Shown here piece by piece: positions 7,810 through 18,584 of a stretch of 64,000 bases of DNA. The position numbers and the translations under genes are program-made. The DNA comes from an uncultured Clostridia bacterium (lineage in GTDB: Bacteria; Bacillota; Clostridia; TANB77; CAG-508): positions 766 through 64,765 of the forward strand of contig CATGLK010000011.1 in assembly GCA_949538735.1 (NCBI GenBank), read 5' to 3'. The notes under the pieces are model-generated. The model had not been told where the DNA came from. It did no database searches and was given only the letters and a program-made list of their open reading frames with translations. The stretch's first letter is position 1, and each line of letters opens with the position of its first letter.

Positions 7810-10002
7810 TTTTTTCCTATTTACTTCATACACACTGTTTACTTTTCTGATTGCTTTTATTGCTTTGCTTAATTCTGCTAAGTTTTCTATTTCTAGTGTT
7901 ATATCGATTGTTGCAATTTTTTCTTTTGTTACTTTTGTGTTTACGCCTTCTATTTTTGCTTTTGTTGTGCCTATTTCTTTTAGTATATCTAATAATAAAC
8001 CTGTCCTGTCATTTGCACGTACTTCTATGTCTGCATGGTATGCTACTTTTTCTTCTTTATCCCATTCTACGTCTATCATTCTGTTTTCTTCTGATAACAG
8101 GTCTCCTATATTTGTACAGTCTTTTCTGTGTACAGATACTCCTCTTCCTTTTGTGATATATCCTACTATTTCGTCTCCTGGTAGTGGGTTACAACATTTT
8201 GATAGTTTTACTAAGCAGTTGTCTATTCCTTTTACTATTATTCCTGCATTTGATGATTTTGGCTTTTTAGCTTTTGCTGTTGCTAGTTCTTGTATTTTTT
8301 CTTCTATATTTTCTTCTTGATGTTCTTTTCTGTATTCTTGTAGCATTCTAGCTATTACCTTTACTGATGAATTTGCTCCAAAGCCGATTGCAGCATACAT
8401 TTCGTCTAGGTCTTTATATTTGTATTTGTTTAACATTGGTTCTATATATTCTGTTTTAAATAAATCACTATGTAAAAATCCAATTCTTTTTAGTTCTTTT
8501 TCTATTAAGTCTTTTCCTTTTTCGATGTTTTCAGCTTTTTGCTCTTTTTTGAACCAACTTTTTATTTTGTTTTTTGCTGATGAGCTTTTTACAAATTTTA
8601 GCCAATCTCTACTTGGTCCTTTTGAGTTTTCTGATGTTATTATTTCTACTATATCACCTGATTTTAGTGGTGTTAATATTGGCATCATTTTACTGTTTAT
8701 TTTACATCCTGTCATATGATGTCCTATCTCTGCATGTATGCTATATGCAAAGTCTATTGGTGTTGAGCCACTTGGAAGTACTTTTATTGCTCCTTTTGGA
8801 GTAAATACATATACTTCGTCTTCAAATAGTTCTGTTTTTAATGTTTCTAAAAATTCTTGTGGATCTTGCATATCTTTTTGCCATTCTAATGTTTCACGTA
8901 GCCATGCAAGTTTATCTTCTTCTACTTTTACTGATTGTTTCTTGCCAAAATAGCTTGCTTCTTTATATGCCCAGTGTGCTGCTATACCATATTCTGCAAT
9001 TTTATGCATTTCCCATGTACGTATTTGTACTTCAAATGGTGTTCCTTTTTCTCCTAATAATGTTGTGTGTATTGATTGGTACATATTTGGTTTTGGTACT
9101 GCTATGTAGTCTTTAAATCTACCTGGCATTGGGCTGTATAAATCGTGTACTACTCCTAGTGCTGCATAACAGTCTTTTACTGATGTTACTAGTATTCTAA
9201 GTGCAAATAGGTCATATATTTGGTCTAATGTTTTATTGTCTCTTTTCATTTTACGGTAAATACTGTATAAATGTTTTGCTCTACCTGTTACTTCTGCATC
9301 TATTTTTTGTTTTTTAAGTTGTACTCGTATGTCTTGCATTATTTTTTCAATGAATTTTAATCTTTCTTCTCTTTTTTTATTTATTCCTTCTACTAGTTCG
9401 TGGTATTCGTCTGGATATAAATATTTAAATGCTAAGTCTTCTAATTCCCATTTTATAGAATATAATCCTAGTCTATTTGCAAGTGGCGCATATAGTTCCA
9501 TTGTTTCTTTTGAAATTGCAATTTGCCTATCTCTTTTTAAATGTTTCAGGGTTCTCATATTATGAAGTCTATCTGATAATTTTATTAATATGACCCTAAT
9601 GTCCTTTCCCATTGCAAGAAACATTTTTCTATAATCTTCTACTTGTTGTTCTTCAACTGTTGCAAATGCTATTTTTCCTAATTTAGTAACACCTGCTACC
9701 ATATCTGATATTTCTTGTCCAAATTCTCTTTTTATATCATTTTCTGTTGCATCTGTATCTTCTACAACATCATGTAAAAGTGCTGCACAAATTGTGCTCT
9801 CGTCTAGTCCAATATCTGCTAAAATATATGCTACATTTATTGGATGTATTATATATGGTTCTCCTGATTTTCTACGTTGATCACCATGGTGTTCTACTGC
9901 ATATTTGTACGCCTTCTGTATTAATTTTTGATCTACTCTTCTTGAATGTTCTTTTCTTTTCGCAATTATATCTTGTATTGTTATTTCCTTTGTTTCTTGC
10001 AT
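7807..10002 (-). CDS. relA: Bifunctional (p)ppGpp synthetase/hydrolase
   Basis: 731 aa with the HD domain HGDQRRKSGEPYIIHP, a synthetase domain, and TGS/ACT C-terminus. Confidence 0.9.
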   Translation of the reverse strand: MQETKEITIQDIIAKRKEHSRRVDQKLIQKAYKYAVEHHGDQRRKSGEPYIIHPINVAYILADIGLDESTICAALLHDVVEDTDATENDIKREFGQEISDMVAGVTKLGKIAFATVEEQQVEDYRKMFLAMGKDIRVILIKLSDRLHNMRTLKHLKRDRQIAISKETMELYAPLANRLGLYSIKWELEDLAFKYLYPDEYHELVEGINKKREERLKFIEKIMQDIRVQLKKQKIDAEVTGRAKHLYSIYRKMKRDNKTLDQIYDLFALRILVTSVKDCYAALGVVHDLYSPMPGRFKDYIAVPKPNMYQSIHTTLLGEKGTPFEVQIRTWEMHKIAEYGIAAHWAYKEASYFGKKQSVKVEEDKLAWLRETLEWQKDMQDPQEFLETLKTELFEDEVYVFTPKGAIKVLPSGSTPIDFAYSIHAEIGHHMTGCKINSKMMPILTPLKSGDIVEIITSENSKGPSRDWLKFVKSSSAKNKIKSWFKKEQKAENIEKGKDLIEKELKRIGFLHSDLFKTEYIEPMLNKYKYKDLDEMYAAIGFGANSSVKVIARMLQEYRKEHQEENIEEKIQELATAKAKKPKSSNAGIIVKGIDNCLVKLSKCCNPLPGDEIVGYITKGRGVSVHRKDCTNIGDLLSEENRMIDVEWDKEEKVAYHADIEVRANDRTGLLLDILKEIGTTKAKIEGVNTKVTKEKIATIDITLEIENLAELSKAIKAIRKVNSVYEVNRKK

Positions 10003-10015
10003 ATTACACCTCTTT

Positions 10016-11707
10016 CTATATCGATTTCATAATATCCTTAATATTTATTTGTAGGTTGTCCACTCCGCCAAAAGTGTTTATTTCTAGCACTCCTGCTACA
10101 TCTACTTTATCGCCTATCAAATATTCTTCTGCTAAATGTCCAATATTAAACCCTATTGCATTTATTATATTATTGTTATTTTTTAATGTTAACTTCAAAT
10201 GTTTTCCACCTGATAGCGCCCTAATTGAATCTATTTTTAGGTTTTTAAATGCGAATATAGGCATTTTGTTTGCTTCACCAAATGGCTCTAATTGTTTTAT
10301 ACTTTCCACCATTTCTTTATCTATCTCATTTAAACTGATTTTTGCATCTATGTTTATAATTGGAATAATTTTATCAATTTCATTTTTTTCTGCTATTTCT
10401 TCGAATTCTTTTCTGAATTCTTCTAATTTGTCTTTTCTAATTGTTATTCCAACTGCCATACTATGTCCACCAAATTTTTCAATTGTGTCTAGACATTGCA
10501 TTAGCGCTTCGTGTAGGTCAAACCCTGGAATGCTTCTTCCCGAACCTTTTCCAATTCCGCCTTCTTCAAAGCTTAATAATATACTTGGTTTGAAGTACAT
10601 ATCTGTTATTTTAGATGATACTATTCCTATTACCCCATGATGCCAGTTTTCTCCGCCTAATATTATTGCTTTATTTTGGTTTAAATTTTCTTTTTCTATT
10701 TTTTCTACTGCATTTTCAAATATTGCTTTTTCTGTTTCTTGTCTTTCCTTGTTGTGGTCATTTAATTTTTGTGTTAGTTCATTTACTTCATATATATCTG
10801 TTGATAATAGTAAATTTAAAGCTTCTTTTGCTTTTCCCATTCTTCCACAAGCATTTATTCTTGGTGCTACTCCAAATGAAATTGTATTAGAGTCTATTTT
10901 TGTATATCCTGACGAATTTATTATAGACCTTAATCCTATATTTTTTGTTTGTTTTACTAGCATTAGACCTAGTTTTGCAATAACTCTGTTTTCATCTACT
11001 AATGGTACTATGTCTGATATTGTTCCTACACATACAATATCTAAATATTTTAAATATGTTTCTTCTTTTAATTCTAGCCTTTTTGCTAAAGCTTGTGTTA
11101 GTTTAAAAACTACTCCTACTCCTGCTAATTCTCTAAATGGATATTTGCTATCTTTTCTTTTATTATCTATTACTGCAACAGCATTTGGAAGTTCGTTTCC
11201 GGGTTCGTGGTGGTCTGTTACTATTGTTTCAATTCCTAGTGAATTTGCATATTCAATTTCTTCTATTCCAGAAATTCCGCAATCAACTGTAATCATTAGG
11301 TTACAGCCGTCTTTTGCTATTTTGTCAATTGCATTTTTGTTTAATCCATATCCTTCGTCTAACCTATTTGGAATGTATACAGATGTTTCTAGCCCTATTT
11401 CTTTTAAAAAGCTTTTTAGTACTGTTATACTTGTTATTCCGTCTACATCATAGTCCCCATATATTGTTACTTTTTCTTTGTTTTCTATTGCTTTTATTAT
11501 TCTTTCAACTGCTATTTCCATATCTGTTATTAAATATGGGTCATAAAAGTCATTTCTTGTTGGATTTAGAAATAGTCTTATTTGTTCTTCTTCTGTTATA
11601 TTTCGGTTTGATAGTATTGTTGCAAGTAATTCGTTTAGTCCATATTTGCTTTTTAGTTCTTCTATTTGCTCTTCGTTAGTTTGGTATATTTGCCATTTTT
11701 TGTTCAT
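10016..11707 (-). CDS. recJ: Single-stranded-DNA-specific exonuclease RecJ
   Basis: DHH motifs DYDVDGITS and TDHHEP. Confidence 0.85.
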   Translation of the reverse strand: MNKKWQIYQTNEEQIEELKSKYGLNELLATILSNRNITEEEQIRLFLNPTRNDFYDPYLITDMEIAVERIIKAIENKEKVTIYGDYDVDGITSITVLKSFLKEIGLETSVYIPNRLDEGYGLNKNAIDKIAKDGCNLMITVDCGISGIEEIEYANSLGIETIVTDHHEPGNELPNAVAVIDNKRKDSKYPFRELAGVGVVFKLTQALAKRLELKEETYLKYLDIVCVGTISDIVPLVDENRVIAKLGLMLVKQTKNIGLRSIINSSGYTKIDSNTISFGVAPRINACGRMGKAKEALNLLLSTDIYEVNELTQKLNDHNKERQETEKAIFENAVEKIEKENLNQNKAIILGGENWHHGVIGIVSSKITDMYFKPSILLSFEEGGIGKGSGRSIPGFDLHEALMQCLDTIEKFGGHSMAVGITIRKDKLEEFRKEFEEIAEKNEIDKIIPIINIDAKISLNEIDKEMVESIKQLEPFGEANKMPIFAFKNLKIDSIRALSGGKHLKLTLKNNNNIINAIGFNIGHLAEEYLIGDKVDVAGVLEINTFGGVDNLQINIKDIMKSI

Positions 11708-11716
11708 ATTCCACTC

Positions 11717-12097
11717 CTAATTTATTTCGTTTTTCCATAATCCGTGTTTATTGCAATATGCATAGATAGTAGCTCCTTTTATATATGGAAATCTAACTTC
11801 TGCATTTTGTTCTGGATATAATTTTACAGTGATTTCTTTATTTTCTTTTACTAGACTAATCCATTCTATGAAGTGTTCTTTTTCCATTACGTGATTTACC
11901 TTTACAAGTATTTCGTCTTCTACTATTTCATAAGTTGGTACGTGTTTTTCAATTGCTGCGTCTACTGAGTTTGGAATTAGTGTCTGCATTTGCTCTCCAC
12001 AACATATTATTCCACATCCATTACAGTTGCAGTCTTCTATTACTTTTATTGTTGCTCCACATGATTTACATTTTTTGATTATTAATTCGTTTTTCAT
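11717..12097 (-). CDS. dfx: Desulfoferrodoxin (superoxide reductase)
   Basis: N-terminal desulforedoxin CxxC...CC, then EKHVP and the centre-II His/Cys ligands. Confidence 0.85.
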   Translation of the reverse strand: MKNELIIKKCKSCGATIKVIEDCNCNGCGIICCGEQMQTLIPNSVDAAIEKHVPTYEIVEDEILVKVNHVMEKEHFIEWISLVKENKEITVKLYPEQNAEVRFPYIKGATIYAYCNKHGLWKNEIN

Positions 12098-12294
12098 AAT
12101 TTTTTCGCTCCTTTTTTTGTTTTTTCATAGTATATCACTATTTTTATATTTTTTCCATAATATTCAATATTTTTAGTAAAATCTCTTGCATTTTTTTATT
12201 AAAAAATATATACTATATATAGAAAAATAATTCCCCTGTCAATTCGAAGCTTTACGTTTAGTACGCAAAAGGTATATGTAGATTAGATGGGGGA

Positions 12295-13140
12295 TTATTG
12301 ATTTTGTTTATGTTTTGTAAGTTTTTTATAGTACGTAGAATTGCTAGGAATAAATCTCCAATGTCTATATGGTATAGTCCAAGTATTCCAATCGTGTAAT
12401 CCTGTGGAAACTCCTATATTAAAATTTGGATGTACTTCACGTATTCTTTTTAGAATGTGCTTATATAGCTTTTCTTTGGCTATTGTTTTTTTGCCTCTTT
12501 TATTACTATTTGGTAACTTTTCTTTATGAAAATTATTTAATCTAAAATTTACTGAACCCAATATAACATCCATACATTGAAGTATTACATGATTATGTGA
12601 AATCACTTCCGCAATATTTTCTCTAGATATATGAACATTATTTTCTTTAAAGATATTAACATTGTTTAGACCATATACAAAATCTATAAAAGTGTTATTT
12701 CTATTAGGTGTATTTGGCAACTTATCGAAATAAAATCTAACAGAAATATTTTTGTCTTTGTTAGTATTGCTATTTTCAAATCCAAATGCCCATTTTACAA
12801 ATTGATAATATAATAAGTAATATTCATTATCAATTTGATTATCTGTTAAATCGTTTGCAATATAGCATACTGGCTTAAACATTATTCTTATTTTTATATC
12901 ACTTTTCTTGATATAATCAAAAAATAAGTCTATTATTTCAATGTATTTTTGCAGATAATTTTCAGTAACTTTTGACCATTTTATTTCTCCTAATAAATTT
13001 AGTTCTTGTTTTTTTGCGTTTAATTTGTTATTTAATTGATTTATCTTATTTCCGTTTGTAATTGCTCCTCCATAGAAATTACCAAAATACTTCCCTTTTT
13101 TAGCGGATTCATCACAATATATAATATATTCTTCATTCAT
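12295..13140 (-). CDS. DUF3800-like hypothetical protein
   Basis: N-terminal IYCDES...GEIKWSKV pattern resembles DUF3800. No other recognisable domain. Confidence 0.4.
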   Translation of the reverse strand: MNEEYIIYCDESAKKGKYFGNFYGGAITNGNKINQLNNKLNAKKQELNLLGEIKWSKVTENYLQKYIEIIDLFFDYIKKSDIKIRIMFKPVCYIANDLTDNQIDNEYYLLYYQFVKWAFGFENSNTNKDKNISVRFYFDKLPNTPNRNNTFIDFVYGLNNVNIFKENNVHISRENIAEVISHNHVILQCMDVILGSVNFRLNNFHKEKLPNSNKRGKKTIAKEKLYKHILKRIREVHPNFNIGVSTGLHDWNTWTIPYRHWRFIPSNSTYYKKLTKHKQNQ

Positions 13141-13274
13141 ATATTATTCACTCCTCTCATTTGGTAATCACTTCTCTATTATAGAACATAGGTTTGCGTT
13201 TGTCAATAATTTTTTTTATTTTCAAAATATATTTTTGTTTGTATAATTATTTTAAAAAAAACTTATCATTTTAC

Positions 13275-13303
13275 TTGAATTTATTTTACTTTTAGTATAA
13301 TAT
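13275..13303 (+). promoter_or_regulatory. Sigma-A-like promoter for the DUF4912/GH57 operon
   Basis: TTGAAT ... TATAAT/TAATAT, then aaggag..aaggagg RBS and ATG at 13343. Confidence 0.4.
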
Positions 13304-13342
13304 AGTAAGGAGATTAAAAGAGATTACCTTAAGGAGGAAAAA

Positions 13343-14176
13343 ATGCCAAGAAAAACAAAAGAACAAACAGAAATAGAAAAAGAAGAAAACAAAAGAAAAT
13401 CAACAAAAAAAGCAACTACTACTGCAAAAAAAACAACAACCAAAAAAGCTCCTGCTACGAAAAAAGCTGCGGCGGCAAAAACAAAAACAGCAAAAACCTC
13501 TACTACAAAAAAAACTGCTGCATCAAAAGCAAAAACATCAAAAGCTTCTACTACTAAAAAAGCTGCTACAAAGAAGGCAACAAGCAGAAAAAAGACTACA
13601 ACAAAAAAGAAACCAGAAATAGTAGAATATTACGATTTACCATACAGATACAACCAAACAGTCGTAAAAGTTTTGGCACAAACTCCAAATACCCTATTTA
13701 TTTATTGGGACATTTCAGACAAAGACAGGAAATCATTTGAAGAACAATATGGAGAAAATTTCTTCGAGAAAACAAAACCAGTCTTAATTGTAAGAAATGA
13801 CACTTTAAATTATAGTTTTGAAGTAGAAATTAACGATTTTGCAAATAGTTGGTATTTACACATAGCAGATAGCAAATGTGATTACAAAATTGAACTTGGT
13901 AGACGTCCTATCAAAAAAACAGAAAAAATAAATGTTGATTATATATATGTTTCAAGCTCTAACGAAATAGAAGTTCCAAATGATAGAGTTCTATTCAATA
14001 AAAATCAAAAAATGGTTTATTTTAGAGATATAAAAACAGGAATTCAAACTGAAAAAGAAATAACAAATATTTCATTTATCAGAAATATGGGCAAAATTTA
14101 TGATATTTATGATTTAGGCGAAAATCATAATGTTAGTATTTTATCAAACCCTTCATCTGGTAGTATGTACCAATAA
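13343..14176 (+). CDS. DUF4912 protein with ~90-aa histone-H1-like K/A/T-rich N-terminal tail
   Basis: KKATTTAKKTTTKKAPATKKAAAAKTKTAK... then a globular C-domain. It sits directly upstream of the GH57 enzyme, as DUF4912 commonly does. Confidence 0.6.
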   Translation: MPRKTKEQTEIEKEENKRKSTKKATTTAKKTTTKKAPATKKAAAAKTKTAKTSTTKKTAASKAKTSKASTTKKAATKKATSRKKTTTKKKPEIVEYYDLPYRYNQTVVKVLAQTPNTLFIYWDISDKDRKSFEEQYGENFFEKTKPVLIVRNDTLNYSFEVEINDFANSWYLHIADSKCDYKIELGRRPIKKTEKINVDYIYVSSSNEIEVPNDRVLFNKNQKMVYFRDIKTGIQTEKEITNISFIRNMGKIYDIYDLGENHNVSILSNPSSGSMYQ

Positions 14177-14196
14177 TTAACAAAGGAGAAATAAAT

Positions 14197-15783
14197 ATGC
14201 AAGAAAAAAAAGGATATGTAAGTTTTGTACTTCATGCACATCTTCCATTTATCCACCATCCTGAAAGTGATGATTATTTAGAAGAATCTTGGTTATATGA
14301 AGCAATATCTGAAACATATATACCATTACTTACAAACTTTCAAAAACTAGTAGACGAAGGAGTAAAATTTAGAATAACAATGTCTATGACTCCTCCTCTA
14401 CTTTCAATGCTAGACAATAAATTATTACAAAAAAAATATATAAAATATCTAAAAAAATTAATTGAATTGTCTAAGAAAGAAATAAAAAGAACAGCAGGTG
14501 ACGAAAGGCTAAATAAACTTTCTCATTATTATTTTGACCGCTATTCAAGTGACCTACATTTATTTAAAGATGTTTATAAATGTAATTTAATTGAAGCATT
14601 TAAACACTTCCAAGATATTGGTGTATTAGAGATAATAACTTGTGGAGCAACACACGGATACTTCCCTATTCTATATGTTAATGAAAAAACTGTAAAAGCT
14701 CAAATAGCTGTTGGAGTTCAAACATATGAAAGATATTTTGGAAGAAAACCACGTGGTATTTGGCTACCTGAATGTGGATATGTTCCAGAGGCTGACAAAT
14801 ACTTAAAAGAATTTGGAATAGATTATATAATAACAGAATCACATGGAATTTTATATGCAAACCCTACACCTGTTTATGGAACAGCTGCACCAATTGTCTC
14901 TCCTGAAGGTGTTGTGGCATTTGGTCGTGATATGGAATCTTCAAGGCAAGTATGGAGTTCTATTAATGGTTACCCAGGTGACTTTAATTATAGAGAATTT
15001 TATCGTGATATTGGCTATGAGGCTGATTATGACTATATAAAACCATATATAGCACATAATGGTGTAAGAGTTCACACTGGAATTAAATATCACAGAATAA
15101 CTGGAAAAACAGAATTTAAAGATTACTATAATGTACAATGGGCAAAAGACTCTGCTGAAAAGCAAGCTGGACATTTTCTAGATTCTAGAACAGCACAAAT
15201 TGGAAATTTAGCACCATACACACAAAATCCACCTATTATATTATGTCCTTATGATGCTGAACTTTATGGCCATTGGTGGTATGAAGGCCCATATTGGTTA
15301 TACATATTATTTAAAAAAGTTTATTATGATGATTGCAATTTCGAATTAATAACACCATCTGAATATATTGATAAATATCCTAATATGCAAGTCGCTTCTC
15401 CTTGTCGTTCAAGCTGGGGTGCAAATGGATATAGCGAAGTTTGGCTAAATCCTTCAAATGACTATGTCCATAGACATCTTCATGTTGCAGGAGACAGAAT
15501 GTGTGAATTGGCCTACCTTTATCCTAATGCAAAAGGATTAAAGAAAAAAGCATTAAATCAATGTGCAAGAGAACTTCTTTTGGCACAAAGTAGCGATTGG
15601 TTATTTATTATAACAAATGGTACAATGGTTGACTATGCAAAAAAGAGAATTAAAGACCATATTGGTAGATTTACGAAATTGTATTATCAAATAAAAGATG
15701 ATAATATTGATGAAGAATTTTTGAAAGATATTAGCAAAAAAGATTGTGTCTTTCCTGATATAGATTATATGATTTATAGATAA
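14197..15783 (+). CDS. Glycoside hydrolase family 57 1,4-alpha-glucan branching enzyme
   Basis: N-terminal YVSFVLHAHLPF motif. 528 aa. Confidence 0.8.
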   Translation: MQEKKGYVSFVLHAHLPFIHHPESDDYLEESWLYEAISETYIPLLTNFQKLVDEGVKFRITMSMTPPLLSMLDNKLLQKKYIKYLKKLIELSKKEIKRTAGDERLNKLSHYYFDRYSSDLHLFKDVYKCNLIEAFKHFQDIGVLEIITCGATHGYFPILYVNEKTVKAQIAVGVQTYERYFGRKPRGIWLPECGYVPEADKYLKEFGIDYIITESHGILYANPTPVYGTAAPIVSPEGVVAFGRDMESSRQVWSSINGYPGDFNYREFYRDIGYEADYDYIKPYIAHNGVRVHTGIKYHRITGKTEFKDYYNVQWAKDSAEKQAGHFLDSRTAQIGNLAPYTQNPPIILCPYDAELYGHWWYEGPYWLYILFKKVYYDDCNFELITPSEYIDKYPNMQVASPCRSSWGANGYSEVWLNPSNDYVHRHLHVAGDRMCELAYLYPNAKGLKKKALNQCARELLLAQSSDWLFIITNGTMVDYAKKRIKDHIGRFTKLYYQIKDDNIDEEFLKDISKKDCVFPDIDYMIYR

Positions 15784-15929
15784 TTAGAAAATAGCTTTTT
15801 CAAGATACTAATTCTTGGACAAGCTATTTTTTATTTTATAAACAAGCTACATTTTTGTTAAAGCAACATAGTATAGTGTATAAGTTTTGTACTTTTAGTA
15901 GATAATAGTTATATTAGAGAGGAGTTTTT

Positions 15930-16793
15930 TTGATGAAGTCATTATGTATTAAAACAAATAATTCGAATTCGCTTTCTTATCTACTAAATGAGTTAAACAA
16001 TTTAGAATTAGAAGAAATTTGTTATTCTTGCAACCAATTTAAACATTATAAAAATATAATTATTCATTACACAGGAAATGACAACAAATTATTCTTAGAT
16101 AAAATAAGCACAATTCTATCTTTTCTTGTAATTGACGAATTAGATGAAACTTTTTTGAAAAGAATAATTTTTCAAAATTATTTCTATTTTGACGCTAAAG
16201 AAAGAGAAGAAATACTAATTCTATGTTTTGATGCCATGGCAAATGATTTCTCAGTTATTTTCGATAAAAAATTTAAAACCATTTATAACTGTTTTATTGA
16301 TTTTATATCAGAAAATAAAACCCTTGTACTTGACGGATTTCTGAATTTTAGAATAAAACCATATCTAACTATTTTAGATGAAATTGTAAATGAAGCTGTA
16401 AATCAATTTGTTGTTGAAAAAGAATATTTAGAATTTATCTCTTTACTCAGACTATATATAAACTCTCAATCTAGTAATTCTGAAATTGCCCATATTGTAT
16501 ATTCTAATTCAGAATCAATATTATTAGACGAAAAGAAAGAAATTATAACTGTATCTGACAAATGTTTTAAAGCAAAATATTTAAGTGACATTACATTTTC
16601 TTCGAACGACTATACTTTGAATTCTTTATTAACACTACTTCCGAAAAAAATATATGTCCATTTAATAGATTATTGTGTTGACGAATTTATCACAACACTT
16701 CAAGCAATATTCGAGAACCGTATTCAAATTTGCACCGATTGCAACATTTGTAACCTATATAAAAATGCCAAAAGAACCCAAAGTCCTATTTAA
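15930..16793 (+). CDS. Hypothetical protein, possibly YtxC-like sporulation protein
   Basis: 287 aa. Length and composition resemble the YtxC family. No catalytic motif. Confidence 0.35.
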   Translation: MMKSLCIKTNNSNSLSYLLNELNNLELEEICYSCNQFKHYKNIIIHYTGNDNKLFLDKISTILSFLVIDELDETFLKRIIFQNYFYFDAKEREEILILCFDAMANDFSVIFDKKFKTIYNCFIDFISENKTLVLDGFLNFRIKPYLTILDEIVNEAVNQFVVEKEYLEFISLLRLYINSQSSNSEIAHIVYSNSESILLDEKKEIITVSDKCFKAKYLSDITFSSNDYTLNSLLTLLPKKIYVHLIDYCVDEFITTLQAIFENRIQICTDCNICNLYKNAKRTQSPI

Positions 16794-16828
16794 CACTCTG
16801 GGTTCTTCACTTTTACTCTTTACTTTTC

Positions 16829-17410
16829 TTACTCACCTGCTTGGAAAGCATTCATAGCATCTTGTAGCCCTGGTAATAAAGCATTTGTTAAATCATCATT
16901 ACCAACAATCTTCCATTTTCCGTCTTCTTTTACAGCTTGGATTGTTTTAGTAGCTGTAGTCATTTGTACACCTTCATTTTTCAACTCTTCTACTAAATAA
17001 TTTCCAGCTGTTTCTTCTGTTACATTTTCCCCACCAAATACTAATTTTAGTATCTTTTGTGAATAATTTGTAATTATTGTTTTAAAATCTTTATTTGTTA
17101 TTTCAAGTTCAATTGTCGCATTTTCCTTTTCTTCTGTTATATTTGTAATTTTCCAAGACAATTTATCAAAAAGATATTTTTCCCCTTCTTCGTTAAATGC
17201 GTCTTCTTCTACTAATCCATCACCTGTCATAAACTCTTGTGCCTTTTCAAAATCTCCTGCTTTTAAATTTGTTAATAATCCATCTACTGATTTCTTTGGA
17301 TTACTTGATGTAACCATTAATATTGTTAATACTACTACTAATGCAATTATTGCTACTACTGCTACCCCTGTTGTAATTAATGAAACTTTCTTTGTTTTTT
17401 TATCCATTTG
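16829..17410 (-). CDS. Membrane-anchored hypothetical protein (DUF4878-like)
   Basis: Start at MDKKTKKVSLITTGVAVVAIIALVV (signal anchor). The ORF N-terminal extension MPKRSVPSGK is a translation of repeat A1. Confidence 0.55.
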   Translation of the reverse strand, partial: QMDKKTKKVSLITTGVAVVAIIALVVVLTILMVTSSNPKKSVDGLLTNLKAGDFEKAQEFMTGDGLVEEDAFNEEGEKYLFDKLSWKITNITEEKENATIELEITNKDFKTIITNYSQKILKLVFGGENVTEETAGNYLVEELKNEGVQMTTATKTIQAVKEDGKWKIVGNDDLTNALLPGLQDAMNAFQAGE

Positions 17411-17492
17411 TATCTCTCCTTTTAATATATTTATTTCTATATTTGAATTATATATTAACATTCTATTTTTTGCAACAATTTTCGATAAATTT

Positions 17493-17521
17493 TTGCCACT
17501 GGGGACGGACCTTTTTGGCAA
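17493..17521. repeat. A-family repeat unit A1
   Basis: ttgccactggggacggacctttttggcaa. Confidence 0.75.
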
Positions 17522-17533
17522 TATTTGCTTGAT

Positions 17534-18469
17534 TTATACTGCGTTGTTTATTCCGCGAGCTACTATTTGTGACATATTTTCTATTAAATCATCTATTTCC
17601 TTTGGTGTAACAATTAAATTATAATCTTTTGGGAGCAACACTTCTCTTATTTCTTGATAATTGTCTTCCTCTTTTAATTGATTTAAATAATCATTTGATT
17701 TTGCTTCATCTTGCAGTTTTGCAATAAATAAATCTAAGCAGTCATTTACGAGCACCGCTGTTTCTACAACTGTTGGAATTCCGATTGCTACTACTGGGAT
17801 TCCTAAAGTTTTTTCGCTTATTTCACTTCTTGTGTTTCCAACTCCTGCCCCAGGTACTATTCCTGTATCTGACAATTGTATTGTACTACTTATTCTTTCG
17901 ATACTTCTTGATGCTAGTGCATCTATTACTATAACTAATTTAGGGTTGATGTTGTCTACAATTCCTTTTAGAATTTCGACTGTCTCAATACCTGTTGTTC
18001 CTAGTACTCCCGGTGAAATTGCACTTACCATTCTCGTTCCTTCTTCTACGTATTGTGGCAAATAATTTATTATGTGCCTTGTTACTTCTATTTCATTTAT
18101 TACTTTTGGGCCTAAGCTATCTGGCGTTACATACATATTCCCAAGGCCTACTACTAATATTTCTCCCTGTTTGTCTATATGTGTATCTAAAACTTTAACT
18201 AGTTGATTTGACAGTGTTTCTGCCGCTTTTTCAATTTCTTCTTCTTGTGCTATTTTTAGTTGTTTTACATCTATGGTTATATAGTTCCCAACTGGCTTTC
18301 CTATTGCTTTTTCGCCATTTTCATTGGTTATCTTTACTGTTTCTACTTTTATATTTTCGTTTATCTCTTCTTTGCTACTCTCTATCCCATCAATTTCATT
18401 TTCTAATTTGTTTGCTTTTTGATATATGTCTCTTCTTTCTGATGCTAAGTCTGTTCTAAAATTATACAT
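17534..18469 (-). CDS. gpr: Germination protease (GPR endopeptidase)
   Basis: MYNFRTDLASER... start, typical of Gpr. 311 aa. Confidence 0.85.
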   Translation of the reverse strand: MYNFRTDLASERRDIYQKANKLENEIDGIESSKEEINENIKVETVKITNENGEKAIGKPVGNYITIDVKQLKIAQEEEIEKAAETLSNQLVKVLDTHIDKQGEILVVGLGNMYVTPDSLGPKVINEIEVTRHIINYLPQYVEEGTRMVSAISPGVLGTTGIETVEILKGIVDNINPKLVIVIDALASRSIERISSTIQLSDTGIVPGAGVGNTRSEISEKTLGIPVVAIGIPTVVETAVLVNDCLDLFIAKLQDEAKSNDYLNQLKEEDNYQEIREVLLPKDYNLIVTPKEIDDLIENMSQIVARGINNAV

Positions 18470-18584
18470 AAAAATTCCACTCCTTTTTTGTTTATTATGA
18501 GTGGAATTTTATAAATTTATTCAAAATGATTTGTGTACCAAAAACATAAAAAAGAAATAGTTGTGCAAGCAACTACTTCTTTTA

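Noticed and set aside
7757-8320. 187-aa plus-strand ORF beginning MCPKMDKMSKRKRPQM.
   Set aside because: It starts inside repeat C2 and runs antisense through relA. It is an artefact of the repeat plus codon bias.
9747-10640. 297-aa plus-strand ORF across the relA/recJ junction.
   Set aside because: It is antisense to two well-supported genes, with hydrophobic low-complexity translation.
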